This document shows, piece after piece, positions 1-8,943 of a stretch of DNA of 32,000 bases. Source of the DNA: Acaryochloris thomasi RCC1774. GTDB lineage: Bacteria; Cyanobacteriota; Cyanobacteriia; Thermosynechococcales; Thermosynechococcaceae. The stretch covers positions 420,001 to 452,000 of the forward strand of contig NZ_PQWO01000001.1 of NCBI RefSeq assembly GCF_003231495.1, given 5' to 3'. Below the pieces are notes generated by a model. That model saw only the letters and a program-made list of their open reading frames with translations. It had not been told where the DNA came from and ran no database searches. The position numbers were made by a program, and so were the translations under genes. The number at the start of each line of letters is the position of its first letter. Position 1 is the stretch's first letter.

Positions 1-3000
1 CCGCCTCTTCCTCTGAGAGTCCCTGTTCTCGCCAGTCTGATGCTTCTTTGTGAGCCTGTGCCGCTAACGGATTTTGATCGGCAGGCTCCTGTAGATTCGC
101 TACCGCATTCACGGCCCGATCGAAGAGATCAATCAAGTTAGGAAAAGCATCTCGAAAGAACCCCGAAATCCTGAGCGTCACATCTATGCGGGGACGCCCC
201 AAAATTGTCAGCGGAATGATCTCAAAATCAATCACCCGTCGCGAGGCCCCTTCCCACATTGGCTGAACGCCCAGTAAAGCAAGGGCTTCGGCCATGTCAT
301 CTCCGCCGGTTCGCATGGTAGCAGTGCCCCACATTGATAGGCCCAAGGTGCGGGGATAGTCGCCCTGTTCTTGGCAGTAGCGTTCGATTAGCGTCTCAGC
401 CGCTTTGCGGCCAACATCCCAGGCGCTTTCGGTGGGAAGGGACCGAATATCAACGGAGTAGAAGTTTCGGCCTGTGGGCAGGACATCGGGTCGGCCTCGG
501 GTGGGTGCGCCGGAGGCACCGCTGGGGACGTACTGGCCGTCTAAGCCGCGCAGGAGGTTGGTTATTTCTTGGGGCGTTTTTTGTAGGTTGGGAAGGAGAG
601 TGTTCTGAATCCAGATGAGTTCGGATTGGGTGATGGATGATGGGGGATGGGGAAGGGGCAATGGAGGTTTGTCTTGTCTATGCCTTGCCTGAGTAGTTTC
701 GTTGGGTGCTGCGTTGCCCCCCCGGCCCCCCAATTCTGGGGGGAGAGTCTCGATGGCTGTATTGCTTTCCTTTAGGGGGTTAGGGCTGATAGATTCTTTA
801 GATGTTTTTAAGACTTGTGTGTCTACCGTTATGTGTGTGGTCGCGCCGAGCAGCTTCTCAACGAGGGTCGTTGCCTCTTGTTCTAGAATTGTGATCGCAT
901 CTCCAACAATGAGCGAAATTTTAGCAACGCCTTGCACTACGTCTCTGTCCTCTCGCGTCTCAAGTTCCCCAGATTGAGAAGGGAACACCCCTATCTCTCG
1001 CTGCTCTCCCCCCAGAATTGGGGGGCCGGGGGGGCCAGCGCAAAACGCAATGCTCTGATCAACACCATCTTGCAAACAGGCTCGCTGCTGATCCGTTAGT
1101 CGTTCAGCAGGATCAGCCGTCAGTGGGTCTAAATCTAGATTCCAGTCTTGAGCAATAGCTCGTGTAATCCCCACATGGCCAGGGCTAGGATGGCGGGCCA
1201 AGGCAACAATCAGATCCCGAAGCTGTTCACCTTCAGGACATTGACCAAATATGTGGAGGCCGTCTCTGATCTGCGCTTCTTTGAGTTCACACAGGTAGCC
1301 ATCAGCAGTACTCAAAAAGTTATCGAGAATCTGATCAGCTTTATCTTTAGGATTCGGGGCATCAATACCGAGATCTTGATGGAGGTTTTCCTGCTTGATG
1401 AGGGTGACGATGCGATCGCAAATCACGCCCACCCGCGAAGGATCCAAACTCTGTGCCTCGTAATACTCATCAATCAGCGCCTCAAGCTGCAGCAGTGGAC
1501 CGTACAGCTCGGCCCGAGTCAGCGGCGGCGTCAAATGATCAAGAATCACCGCCTGGGCACGACGCTTGGCCTGAGAGCCTTCCCCCGGATCGTTAACGAT
1601 AAACGGATACAGATGGGGCATGGGACCGAGGGCAACCTCGGGGTAGCAGGACTCGGATAGAGCCACGCTTTTACCCGGCAGCCATTCGAGATTGCCGTGC
1701 TTGCCAACGTGAATGATGGCGTGGGCGTTGAAGTGATGCCGTAGCCAAAAGTAAAAAGCGAGATAGGCGTGGGTGGGTTCTAGGTCGGGGGCGTGGTAGT
1801 TGAGGCTGGGGTCTAAATCGTAACCACGAGACGGCTGGATGCCGATAAAGGTTTGACCAAGTTGAAGACCTGCGATCGCAAATCCATCCACTTCTATATA
1901 TTGATCTGGACTGCCCCAGCGGTCGTGTATTTGCTGCTGCACTATTTCCGGCAGTTCAGCAAAATATTGCCGGTAGTCGGCCAGGGAAAGATATTGATAG
2001 CGAACGCGCAGATCTTGAGCTTCTGGGTCATTGGTGATGCCCGTTGTCAGCCGCTCAATGAGCTGATCGCCATCAGTCGGGATATCCTTTAGGTCATAAC
2101 CCTCTGCGGCCATCGCCTTAAGAATCTCAATGCAGCTTGCAGGGGTGTCAAGACCCACACCATTGGCGAGCCTGCCGTCTCGGTTGGGGTAGTTGGCAAG
2201 GATGAGCGCAATCTTGCGCTCTGCGGCTGGCGTGCGCCGGAGTTTGATCCAATTGGCTGCCAGTTGGGTGACGAAGTGGATGCGATCGCAAACCGGTCGA
2301 TAGCTAATCACATCGGTTTCTAAAGCTGCGTGTCGAGCCTGCACCGCCTTGAACGAAATCGTGCGGCTGATAATGCGCCCATCCACCTCAGGGAGCGCCA
2401 CATTCATCGCCATATCACGGGGTGAGAGACCTCTAAGCTGCGCCCGCCAGTTTTCTTCAGTGCCGCCACTACAGATGGCCTGCAGCACTGGCACATTGAG
2501 CTGCTCCCAAAGCTGTAGATTCAGCGTCTCTGCCGATAGCTTAGCCAGTGAGAAGCTAGTGGTATTGATCAGTAAATCAATGCCGTCCGCCTGCAGAATG
2601 TCTAATAGCTCCGCTTGGTTCTCTGCTGCCTGTAAGGACTGTACAAACACCGGCACGGAGTCTAGCCCCTGCTCACTCAGGGCACTGCAAAGCGCGTCAA
2701 TCACATCGGTGTTGCCCGCCAGATAATGAGCGCGATAAAACAGAATGCCGACTTTGGCGTTGCGAACGGGTTTGGGAGCCGTTTCAGCAAGGCGTTTGTG
2801 TTGTGCCTCAAAGGTCTCATCAAACCGCAGGGAACGCTGAGCCTCAGCAGAGGAGCTTGAAGGTACGGACAGGTCGTCCACCGGATTGAACTGAACCTTC
2901 GGCTCTCTCCCCCCAGAATTGGGGGGCCGGGGGGGCGAATGCAGCGCTACCGCATCTTTCTCAGATATTTCCCCAGATAACTCATGGTCTACAGCCTGCC

Positions 3001-3547
3001 AAGGGTAGCGCGCAACCCGAGCAATCGATTGAGGCAGTGGCGGTTCAACCTCGCACTCTAAATAGGAATGCGATAAAAACTGAAGGGCCGCAATGCTGTT
3101 CTTGATCCCACCTTCGGTGAAATACCGCCAGAGCTGATTCACCTGTGCCAGCGGAACGGTAGACTGGCTCATCAAATCAGGATCAGGGCGATCATCTCCT
3201 GGCAAGACGAGCAGAGCAGCCTCGGTTTTAGCCACCGTTTCTTGAACCACCTCCAAGCCATAGGACCAGTAGGAGCGTCCCCCCAGCAGCCGCAGCACAA
3301 TCACCTGTGCCTTGCTCAAGACATCTTCCGCGTAGGTGTCAATGGTGAGCTGTTGCTGAAGCTGTAAGAGGTTAGCAACCCGCAGCTCAGGAGCATCATC
3401 GGGGAGCTGCGTAATCGCTTTTGCCAAAACTTGAATATCGGTATCGGCGGCGGTGAGAATGACCACAGGAGCAGGAGTTTGCTCAATAAAGATCACTCCT
3501 TCAGCCCCTGCTTCCCAACCGCCGGGCATAGCCGCCAGACGATGCAT
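1..3547 (-). CDS. cobN: Cobaltochelatase subunit CobN; C-terminus lies beyond the left window edge
   Basis: My own minus-strand translation gives an uninterrupted frame from ATG (complement of 3545-3547) to position 1. The ORF track omits it, probably because no stop lies in the window. CobN-type motifs seen: MHRLAAMPGGWEAGAEGVIFIEQTPAPVVILTAADTDIQ, IHVGKHGNLEWLPGK, PHLYPFIVNDPGEGSQAKRR, GAPTRGRPDVLPTGRNFYSVD, ISGFFRDAFPNLIDLFD. There is an in-frame alternative ATG at 3613, 22 codons upstream. AGGAAA lies 7-8 nt before the 3547 ATG. Confidence 0.9.
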   Translation of the reverse strand, partial: MHRLAAMPGGWEAGAEGVIFIEQTPAPVVILTAADTDIQVLAKAITQLPDDAPELRVANLLQLQQQLTIDTYAEDVLSKAQVIVLRLLGGRSYWSYGLEVVQETVAKTEAALLVLPGDDRPDPDLMSQSTVPLAQVNQLWRYFTEGGIKNSIAALQFLSHSYLECEVEPPLPQSIARVARYPWQAVDHELSGEISEKDAVALHSPPRPPNSGGREPKVQFNPVDDLSVPSSSSAEAQRSLRFDETFEAQHKRLAETAPKPVRNAKVGILFYRAHYLAGNTDVIDALCSALSEQGLDSVPVFVQSLQAAENQAELLDILQADGIDLLINTTSFSLAKLSAETLNLQLWEQLNVPVLQAICSGGTEENWRAQLRGLSPRDMAMNVALPEVDGRIISRTISFKAVQARHAALETDVISYRPVCDRIHFVTQLAANWIKLRRTPAAERKIALILANYPNRDGRLANGVGLDTPASCIEILKAMAAEGYDLKDIPTDGDQLIERLTTGITNDPEAQDLRVRYQYLSLADYRQYFAELPEIVQQQIHDRWGSPDQYIEVDGFAIAGLQLGQTFIGIQPSRGYDLDPSLNYHAPDLEPTHAYLAFYFWLRHHFNAHAIIHVGKHGNLEWLPGKSVALSESCYPEVALGPMPHLYPFIVNDPGEGSQAKRRAQAVILDHLTPPLTRAELYGPLLQLEALIDEYYEAQSLDPSRVGVICDRIVTLIKQENLHQDLGIDAPNPKDKADQILDNFLSTADGYLCELKEAQIRDGLHIFGQCPEGEQLRDLIVALARHPSPGHVGITRAIAQDWNLDLDPLTADPAERLTDQQRACLQDGVDQSIAFCAGPPGPPILGGEQREIGVFPSQSGELETREDRDVVQGVAKISLIVGDAITILEQEATTLVEKLLGATTHITVDTQVLKTSKESISPNPLKESNTAIETLPPELGGRGGNAAPNETTQARHRQDKPPLPLPHPPSSITQSELIWIQNTLLPNLQKTPQEITNLLRGLDGQYVPSGASGAPTRGRPDVLPTGRNFYSVDIRSLPTESAWDVGRKAAETLIERYCQEQGDYPRTLGLSMWGTATMRTGGDDMAEALALLGVQPMWEGASRRVIDFEIIPLTILGRPRIDVTLRISGFFRDAFPNLIDLFDRAVNAVANLQEPADQNPLAAQAHKEASDWREQGLSEEEA
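717..747 (-). repeat. 31-nt GC-rich hairpin repeat, copy 1, inverted relative to copies 2 and 3
   Basis: The + strand reads CCCCCCCGGCCCCCCAATTCTGGGGGGAGAG, the exact reverse complement of copies 2 and 3. It lies inside cobN and is translated as LPPELGGRGG. Confidence 0.95.
1004..1034 (+). repeat. 31-nt GC-rich hairpin repeat, copy 2
   Basis: The + strand reads CTCTCCCCCCAGAATTGGGGGGCCGGGGGGG, with a C6/G6 stem around AGAATT. It lies inside cobN and is translated on the minus strand as GPPGPPILGGE. Confidence 0.95.
2905..2935 (+). repeat. 31-nt GC-rich hairpin repeat, copy 3
   Basis: Identical 31-mer CTCTCCCCCCAGAATTGGGGGGCCGGGGGGG. It lies inside cobN and is translated on the minus strand as PPRPPNSGGR, a different codon phase from copy 2. 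Confidence 0.95.
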
Positions 3548-3734
3548 GGTATTTTCCTGATTGATTTTGGATCTGAGTTGCTGCCGTATCTTAATTCGTT
3601 CTTGTCCACTCATGCACGAATCCCAGAGCGCACTTTGTTAAGTGATTCGCACAAGCTTTAAAGAATCTAGAAGTGCGGTCATTCTGTTCATCTGTAGGGT
3701 AGAACAGATCTACATGCCTCACTAAAGCGACCTA

Positions 3735-5909
3735 ATGTTTGATCAACAACTGTCGTGCGTGACCTTCGAGCGCATTCAAGCAGTATTGGCAGAGATGACC
3801 ACGTCTCTGCTTGATCCCTATGCCTTGGTGACGGATGCTGATGTGATCACGCCAGGGACTGCTCGCTTCTCGGTCCTGGTCTCTTTAGGCTTCAGTGCGC
3901 TGCTCAAGGGCACTGCTGTTGCGGACGGCTATCAGACGCAATTGATTGTAAAACCGGTTGCGATCGCAACCTTTCTCAAAACCCTTCCCCCTCAGCCCAA
4001 CGTCGAACGACTATTGACGCTGCAGAACCGTCGCGCCAACCGGGCCAAGCTTCAAAGTCAGTTCTCGACCCGCGTTCTGCAGACCCTAGTGACAGACTTA
4101 AATCCCTCTCCAGGCACAGCCACCTGTCAACCGATGGTAGACGCCGCACTCCATCAGCAGTTGGCCCAAGAACGTCTATTACGTCAAGTAACGAGTCAGA
4201 TTCGGCAGGGTTTAGAGCTATCGATCATCCTTCAAACTGCAGTGGAACAGGTGCGCACCTTTCTGCAAGCCGATCGGCTGACGATTTATCAATTCGTAGA
4301 TATTGATCCGGCTGTTGCAGGGATCGGCGGCATTGAGAGTACTCCTACCGTCACCTATGAAGCCTTAGCCACTGAGCAAATTTCCTCTGTTCTGAGTACC
4401 AATGACGAATATTGCTGGGATAACGCCAGCACCTGCCGCACGAAGTATTGTCAGGGACAAACTATCGCCATTGAAGACGTCGAAACCCACTACACGGATA
4501 ACTGTTTGCTGGAGTATCTCCGAGATCTTGAGATCCGAGCGAAATTGATTACTCCCATTGTTGTGAAGTCTCAGGTCTGGGGGCTACTCATTGCCCATCA
4601 ATGCTCTGGGCCGCGCCACTGGCAAGACCATGAAAAGGTTTTACTGAGACGGATCAGCGACAATCTCGAAATTGCCATCTACCAAGCCCGGCTCTATCGG
4701 CAGCTCCAGCAGCAAAAGCACACCCTCGAAGAGCAGGTCACCCAGCGCACACAAGAGCTCCAGCGAGCCTTCGTTGAGCTACAGGCCGCTAACCAAGCCA
4801 AAGGCGAATTCGTGGCCACCATGAGCCACGAACTCCGAACCCCTCTGACCTGCGTCATTGGCATGTCTGCGACTTTGCTTCGCTGGTCCTTAGGTCCATT
4901 ATCAGACAAGCAAAAAAGCTACATTCAGCGCATTCATGACAGCGGCGAACAGCTCCTAGAACTCATCAACGACATCCTCGACTTCTCCCATGCTGAATCC
5001 GGGAAAGCGACCCTCGAACTCAGCGAGTTCTCGCTGGCCTCACTCACGCAGCAAAGTCTGCATATGGTGCGAGCAGAGGCCCAAACCCATGAAGTCCATC
5101 TCAGTGTAGAGGTAGAGGTCGCACCAGAACTTGATCGGTTCACGGCAGACTCTCGCCGTATCAAGCAGGTTCTATTTGTGCTGCTCGACAACGCCATCAA
5201 ATTTACGCCTTCTGGTGGAGAGGTCAGCCTCAGAGTTTGGGTTGAATCTCAAACCGCCGTTTTTCAGGTCGAAGATACGGGCACCGGCATCCCCATCGAT
5301 CAGCAGTCCCAGCTGTTTCAGACCTTTCATCAGCTTGATCCGGCCTACAATCGCACCCATGAAGGAGCAGGCCTAGGCCTAGCAATGGCAAAGAAGTTTA
5401 TCGACCTCCATCGCGGCTGGATTGAAGTGAGTTCTGTCGAAGGTAAAGGCTCGGTTTTTACCGTTGAGCTACCTAACCAAAAGCTACAGCCGCCCCCAGA
5501 AGCAGAAGCAGTCGTGAACTCCATTGCCTCCAGTGGCCGCATTATCTTGGTTGAAGACGACGAAGATACTGCAAACCTGATGTGCGATATGCTGACCGCT
5601 GCAGGCTATCAGGTGATCTGGACCGTAGAAGTCTCAACTGCAATCGAGCAGGCTCGCCTTCTGCAGCCCGAAGTTGTCATTATTGATATCGACCAGCCCG
5701 TTCAGAATCGTCTGGAGATGATTCGTCAATTGCGGAAACGTTTGAACACAGACCAGCCTATTAAAATTCTCGTCATGGTCGCTGCGGAGCATGATGCATT
5801 GGGGACTGCCGCCGCTCACGTAGACGCCTATCTCAGTAAGCCTGTTGATCCACAGTACTTAGTGCATCGTATTGATCGGTTGCTGCAGCCTACCAATGCC
5901 CTTGTTTAA
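3735..5909 (+). CDS. Hybrid sensor histidine kinase: N-terminal domain, GAF, HisKA, HATPase_c, C-terminal receiver (CikA-like architecture)
   Basis: 724-aa ORF. GAF-like block ends in VWGLLIAHQCSGPRHWQ. H-box is FVATMSHELRTPL. G-boxes are DTGTGI and GAGLGLAMAK. C-terminal REC has ILVEDDED, VVIIDID and YLSKP. Confidence 0.9.
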   Translation: MFDQQLSCVTFERIQAVLAEMTTSLLDPYALVTDADVITPGTARFSVLVSLGFSALLKGTAVADGYQTQLIVKPVAIATFLKTLPPQPNVERLLTLQNRRANRAKLQSQFSTRVLQTLVTDLNPSPGTATCQPMVDAALHQQLAQERLLRQVTSQIRQGLELSIILQTAVEQVRTFLQADRLTIYQFVDIDPAVAGIGGIESTPTVTYEALATEQISSVLSTNDEYCWDNASTCRTKYCQGQTIAIEDVETHYTDNCLLEYLRDLEIRAKLITPIVVKSQVWGLLIAHQCSGPRHWQDHEKVLLRRISDNLEIAIYQARLYRQLQQQKHTLEEQVTQRTQELQRAFVELQAANQAKGEFVATMSHELRTPLTCVIGMSATLLRWSLGPLSDKQKSYIQRIHDSGEQLLELINDILDFSHAESGKATLELSEFSLASLTQQSLHMVRAEAQTHEVHLSVEVEVAPELDRFTADSRRIKQVLFVLLDNAIKFTPSGGEVSLRVWVESQTAVFQVEDTGTGIPIDQQSQLFQTFHQLDPAYNRTHEGAGLGLAMAKKFIDLHRGWIEVSSVEGKGSVFTVELPNQKLQPPPEAEAVVNSIASSGRIILVEDDEDTANLMCDMLTAAGYQVIWTVEVSTAIEQARLLQPEVVIIDIDQPVQNRLEMIRQLRKRLNTDQPIKILVMVAAEHDALGTAAAHVDAYLSKPVDPQYLVHRIDRLLQPTNALV

Positions 5910-6232
5910 GGTGTCTTCTGCGGCGGATCGGCGGCTTCTAAATACTTGAGAAACGCCTGCAGCCGCATTCTCGGAATGTAGGGCCAGCCACCTTCGGACT
6001 CCATCTCGCGCAGCAGCCGATGCAGCGCCTGCCGGTTGCCGGGGAGTGATTCTTGAAATAAGCCATCGCGAATCTCTCGATGCAGTAGCTCTAGAGACCG
6101 GAGTAGGGCTAAAAGCTCTTCCATATTGCCGCTGGCTTTCTGGGCCTGGGCGTTGACGAGGTCAGCAATGTGCTGTATTTCTGGCGTTTCGTTAGGGGAC
6201 AAGGCAGAAGAGCTGAAGTCACGACTAGTCAT
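5906..6232 (-). CDS. Hypothetical protein, 108 aa
   Basis: ATG-initiated ORF with a non-repetitive, helix-rich sequence (EELLALLRSLELLHREIRDGLF). No family recognised. Its stop overlaps the kinase stop within TTAA at 5906-5909. Confidence 0.55.
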   Translation of the reverse strand: MTSRDFSSSALSPNETPEIQHIADLVNAQAQKASGNMEELLALLRSLELLHREIRDGLFQESLPGNRQALHRLLREMESEGGWPYIPRMRLQAFLKYLEAADPPQKTP

Positions 6233-6480
6233 GGGTAATGCATAGCACGGATACGGGCTTTATGATCAGATTTTAGTTAACTGTGGGGTGTCTTGGCCCT
6301 GAGCTTTGGCATCTTAACGTATCTCTATCATGAGAGTTAAATAGCTATAAAAAAGCTTAAGGTGCCCAAGATTCTGGCAAATGTAATCAATTATGGGGCT
6401 ACCGACCGCTCAATACGATCTGGCATAGCCAGCTTTAAAAGAGATGACCTTAATATTTTTGCCAGTAATGGAGAGTAATC

Positions 6481-7293
6481 ATGGATATTAATCTTCTGTT
6501 GACGAATGCCAGCTCCATTGTCGTTGCTGTGGGTCTGCAGCTCGTTGGAGCAATTCTGCTCTGGATTGTGGGCCGATGGCTGATTAAATTTGGCATGAGC
6601 CTGCTGACCCGCGCCTTTAAAAGAAGCAATATTGACGCCACGCTCTTGGTTTATATCAAGTCAACCTTGGGTGTGCTGCTCAATATTGTCTTAATCGTTG
6701 CCATCCTCGGATTTTTAGGGATTGAGACTTCTTCCTTTGCAGCGCTACTGGCGGCGGCAGGCATCGCGATTGGTGCTGCCTGGAGTGGTTTGCTCGCTCA
6801 CTTCGCGGCTGGCGCATTTCTAATTATCTTTCGCCCTTTCCAGGTGGGTGACTTTATCACTGCTGCAGGTGTCACAGGTACGGTGGACGAGATCGGTCTA
6901 TTTGTGACCAGCATCAACACAATGGATAATGTGAAGACGATTATCGGCAATAATGCCATTTTCGCCGACACGATTCAGAACTTCACCGCCAACCCCCATC
7001 GCCGGGTAGAGCTAGTTGCCCAGCTGGATAACACCGTTGATCCGAAGGTTGCGATTGCTGCCCTGCAGCAGCGCCTCAGCCAGATTCCTAACGTGTTGAC
7101 GGAGCCTGTGCCAGAGGTGGATATTCTAGAATTCACGCTGGCGGGTCCAGTTTTATCGGTGCGCCCGTACTGCCATAACGATCACTATTGGCAGGTGTAC
7201 TTCGATACGAACAAGGTCATTAGTGAAGCCGGAAGTGCTGCGGGTTTCCCTGCGCCGACGCAGCACTATGCCATTCACACTCAGGCCGCTTAG
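6481..7293 (+). CDS. Small-conductance mechanosensitive channel (MscS family)
   Basis: 270-aa ORF with three N-terminal hydrophobic helices. These are followed by the MscS beta-domain pattern FRPFQVGDFITAAGVTGTVDEIGLFVTSINTMDNVKTIIGNNAI. GGAG precedes the ATG. Confidence 0.85.
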   Translation: MDINLLLTNASSIVVAVGLQLVGAILLWIVGRWLIKFGMSLLTRAFKRSNIDATLLVYIKSTLGVLLNIVLIVAILGFLGIETSSFAALLAAAGIAIGAAWSGLLAHFAAGAFLIIFRPFQVGDFITAAGVTGTVDEIGLFVTSINTMDNVKTIIGNNAIFADTIQNFTANPHRRVELVAQLDNTVDPKVAIAALQQRLSQIPNVLTEPVPEVDILEFTLAGPVLSVRPYCHNDHYWQVYFDTNKVISEAGSAAGFPAPTQHYAIHTQAA

Positions 7294-8117
7294 TGCCCTG
7301 GCAGGTTGACTGCTACCGGCGTCCGCTTCAAGATGATGCGGGTCAGCCGCTCTGGGAGCTGGTCATCTGCGATCCGCAGGACGCCAGCTGTCAGGTTTCT
7401 GTTTTCTGTCCCCAGGCAGAGGTGACGGCGGACTGGCTGCAGCGCCAGTTAGAAAGAGTGATCAGTGAAACGGGTGGAAAGCCGGAGCGGCTGCAGGTCT
7501 TTCGGCCTGCGTCCCTCAATCTGGTGGAGGCTGCGGGGCAAGCGCTGGCGGTACCTGTGGAGGCCACGCGACGGACCTTGGCTCTTAAGTCAGAATTACA
7601 GGTTCGAGCACGTCAATATAGCCAGATGCCGGGTTATACGGGCGAATCCTATGATCCGCTGTTGATTGAACGACCGCCGCCTCAGCCGCTCCCAGAGGAT
7701 CTATTGGGAGAGCAGTGGCGGTTTGTGGCGCTGTCAGCTTCTGATCTCGAAGAGGTGCTGGTGCAGCGCCCTATGCCCATTCAAGAGATATCGCAGGAGC
7801 TGTTGCCTAGCCAGCAGGGACTGGCAGAGTCAGCTCTCATTCCAGGACTCGTGATTGATAGCGGACGGAGATCGATGCAGCTAGCGCGATGGCTGCGGGA
7901 GCAGCAGCCCGTGTTCTTGCAGGCTCAGGCTACGGGTGTGGTGCTGGAAGTGGGGATTTGCGATCGCAAAGTCCTCTTCACCTACGATGATCCAGGCATG
8001 GCGGCTGCGGCCCAGCTCTTTACCCAACGTCAGCAAGAGAGCCAAGGCATCCATTTTTTACTCGTGCAGCCAGATAACTCCGGTGTCACCTACACGGGCC
8101 TGTGGCTGCTGCTGTAG
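7293..8117 (+). CDS. Tab2/DUF1092 family RNA-binding protein homologue
   Basis: 274 aa. The N-terminus WQVDCYRRPLQDDAGQPLWELVICD matches the cyanobacterial and chloroplast Tab2 signature as I recall it. The GTG start overlaps the MscS stop by 1 nt. Confidence 0.75.
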   Translation: MPWQVDCYRRPLQDDAGQPLWELVICDPQDASCQVSVFCPQAEVTADWLQRQLERVISETGGKPERLQVFRPASLNLVEAAGQALAVPVEATRRTLALKSELQVRARQYSQMPGYTGESYDPLLIERPPPQPLPEDLLGEQWRFVALSASDLEEVLVQRPMPIQEISQELLPSQQGLAESALIPGLVIDSGRRSMQLARWLREQQPVFLQAQATGVVLEVGICDRKVLFTYDDPGMAAAAQLFTQRQQESQGIHFLLVQPDNSGVTYTGLWLLL

Positions 8118-8301
8118 CCTCAGGGAAAATTCACAGGCCTGCCCCTGGCTCATACCGTTTAAATCCTGGTTTTCGCCCTTCATACGCTGAGAAATTACCA
8201 AAATGTTGAATTTTGAGCTGTGAGTGCCCACCCTAAGTCAGGGGGAGCAGCGAAGAACAGGTCCCGGTTGGGACATCTTTTGCTGGGGGGATTTACAACT
8301 C

Positions 8302-8943
8302 ATGACAACTCAACAGAGATCATCGCGGCAAGCGGTGGTCACAAATCAAGCTGCAGACAAACAGCGATCCAATTTTTTTACACATGCTCTGCTGATTCTC
8401 AGTAGCCTACTAGTGAGCTGCGTTGGCATTGCGGCAGAGGCGCAGGCCTTACCCGTGCGACAGGCTTATCAACAATCCCAGACGCCGAATCTATCACCGC
8501 AATCAGTAGAGATGCTGCAGGTTGAAGCCGAAATTTGGCATCGAATTAATCAGCACCGCCAGCGCCACGGTCTCTCACCGCTGCGGGTCAACGAGCAACT
8601 CACCCAAGCGGCGCGCGCCTACAGCAAGCAAATGGCTGACTATAACTTCTACAGTCACACAGGTGTACGTGGCGACACACCCCGACAGCGGGTTGAAGCA
8701 CAGGGCGTCAGTGCACAGCTTGTGGGAGAAAATCTTTTCCAGTTCCCTCAACGGGGTAATCCGGTAACGGTGGCCGTGCAGGGCTGGATGGGGAGTGCGG
8801 GACATCGCCGCAATATCCTAATGTCGCAAATGGCTGAAACAGGGATTGGCATTTGGAAGCAAAATGGAACCTACTACGTGACCCAGCTTTTAGTTCAGCC
8901 TAGGGCAACGACTGTGACTACACCGGATCGTCCTTTAAACTAA
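8302..8943 (+). CDS. Secreted CAP/SCP (PR-1-like, YkwD-type) domain protein
   Basis: The ORF track frame is 8224..8943; I prefer the ATG at 8302 (MTTQQRSS...). It has a hydrophobic signal/anchor segment (ALLILSSLLVSCVGIAAEAQA). The C-terminal CAP pattern is HSGLSPLRVNEQLTQAARAYSKQMADYNFYSHTG ... GWMGSAGHRRNIL. Confidence 0.8.
   Translation: MTTQQRSSRQAVVTNQAADKQRSNFFTHALLILSSLLVSCVGIAAEAQALPVRQAYQQSQTPNLSPQSVEMLQVEAEIWHRINQHRQRHGLSPLRVNEQLTQAARAYSKQMADYNFYSHTGVRGDTPRQRVEAQGVSAQLVGENLFQFPQRGNPVTVAVQGWMGSAGHRRNILMSQMAETGIGIWKQNGTYYVTQLLVQPRATTVTTPDRPLN

Noticed and set aside
717-2935. The 31-nt perfect repeats could be a CRISPR array.
   Set aside because: There are only three copies, with spacings of 256 nt and about 1.87 kb. 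One copy is inverted, all lie inside an intact cobN reading frame, and no cas genes are nearby.
334-3661. Six + strand ORFs in the track: 334-618, 702-977, 1148-1660, 1853-2092, 2349-2726 and 3431-3661.
   Set aside because: All are antisense shadows of the continuous minus-strand cobN frame. Their translations are low-complexity or Arg/Ser/Cys-rich with no recognisable motifs.
3548-3734. I expected a cobalamin riboswitch upstream of cobN.
   Set aside because: I could not find the B12-box or the conserved core, and the spacer is short. I cannot run a covariance model, so this remains a negative by eye only.
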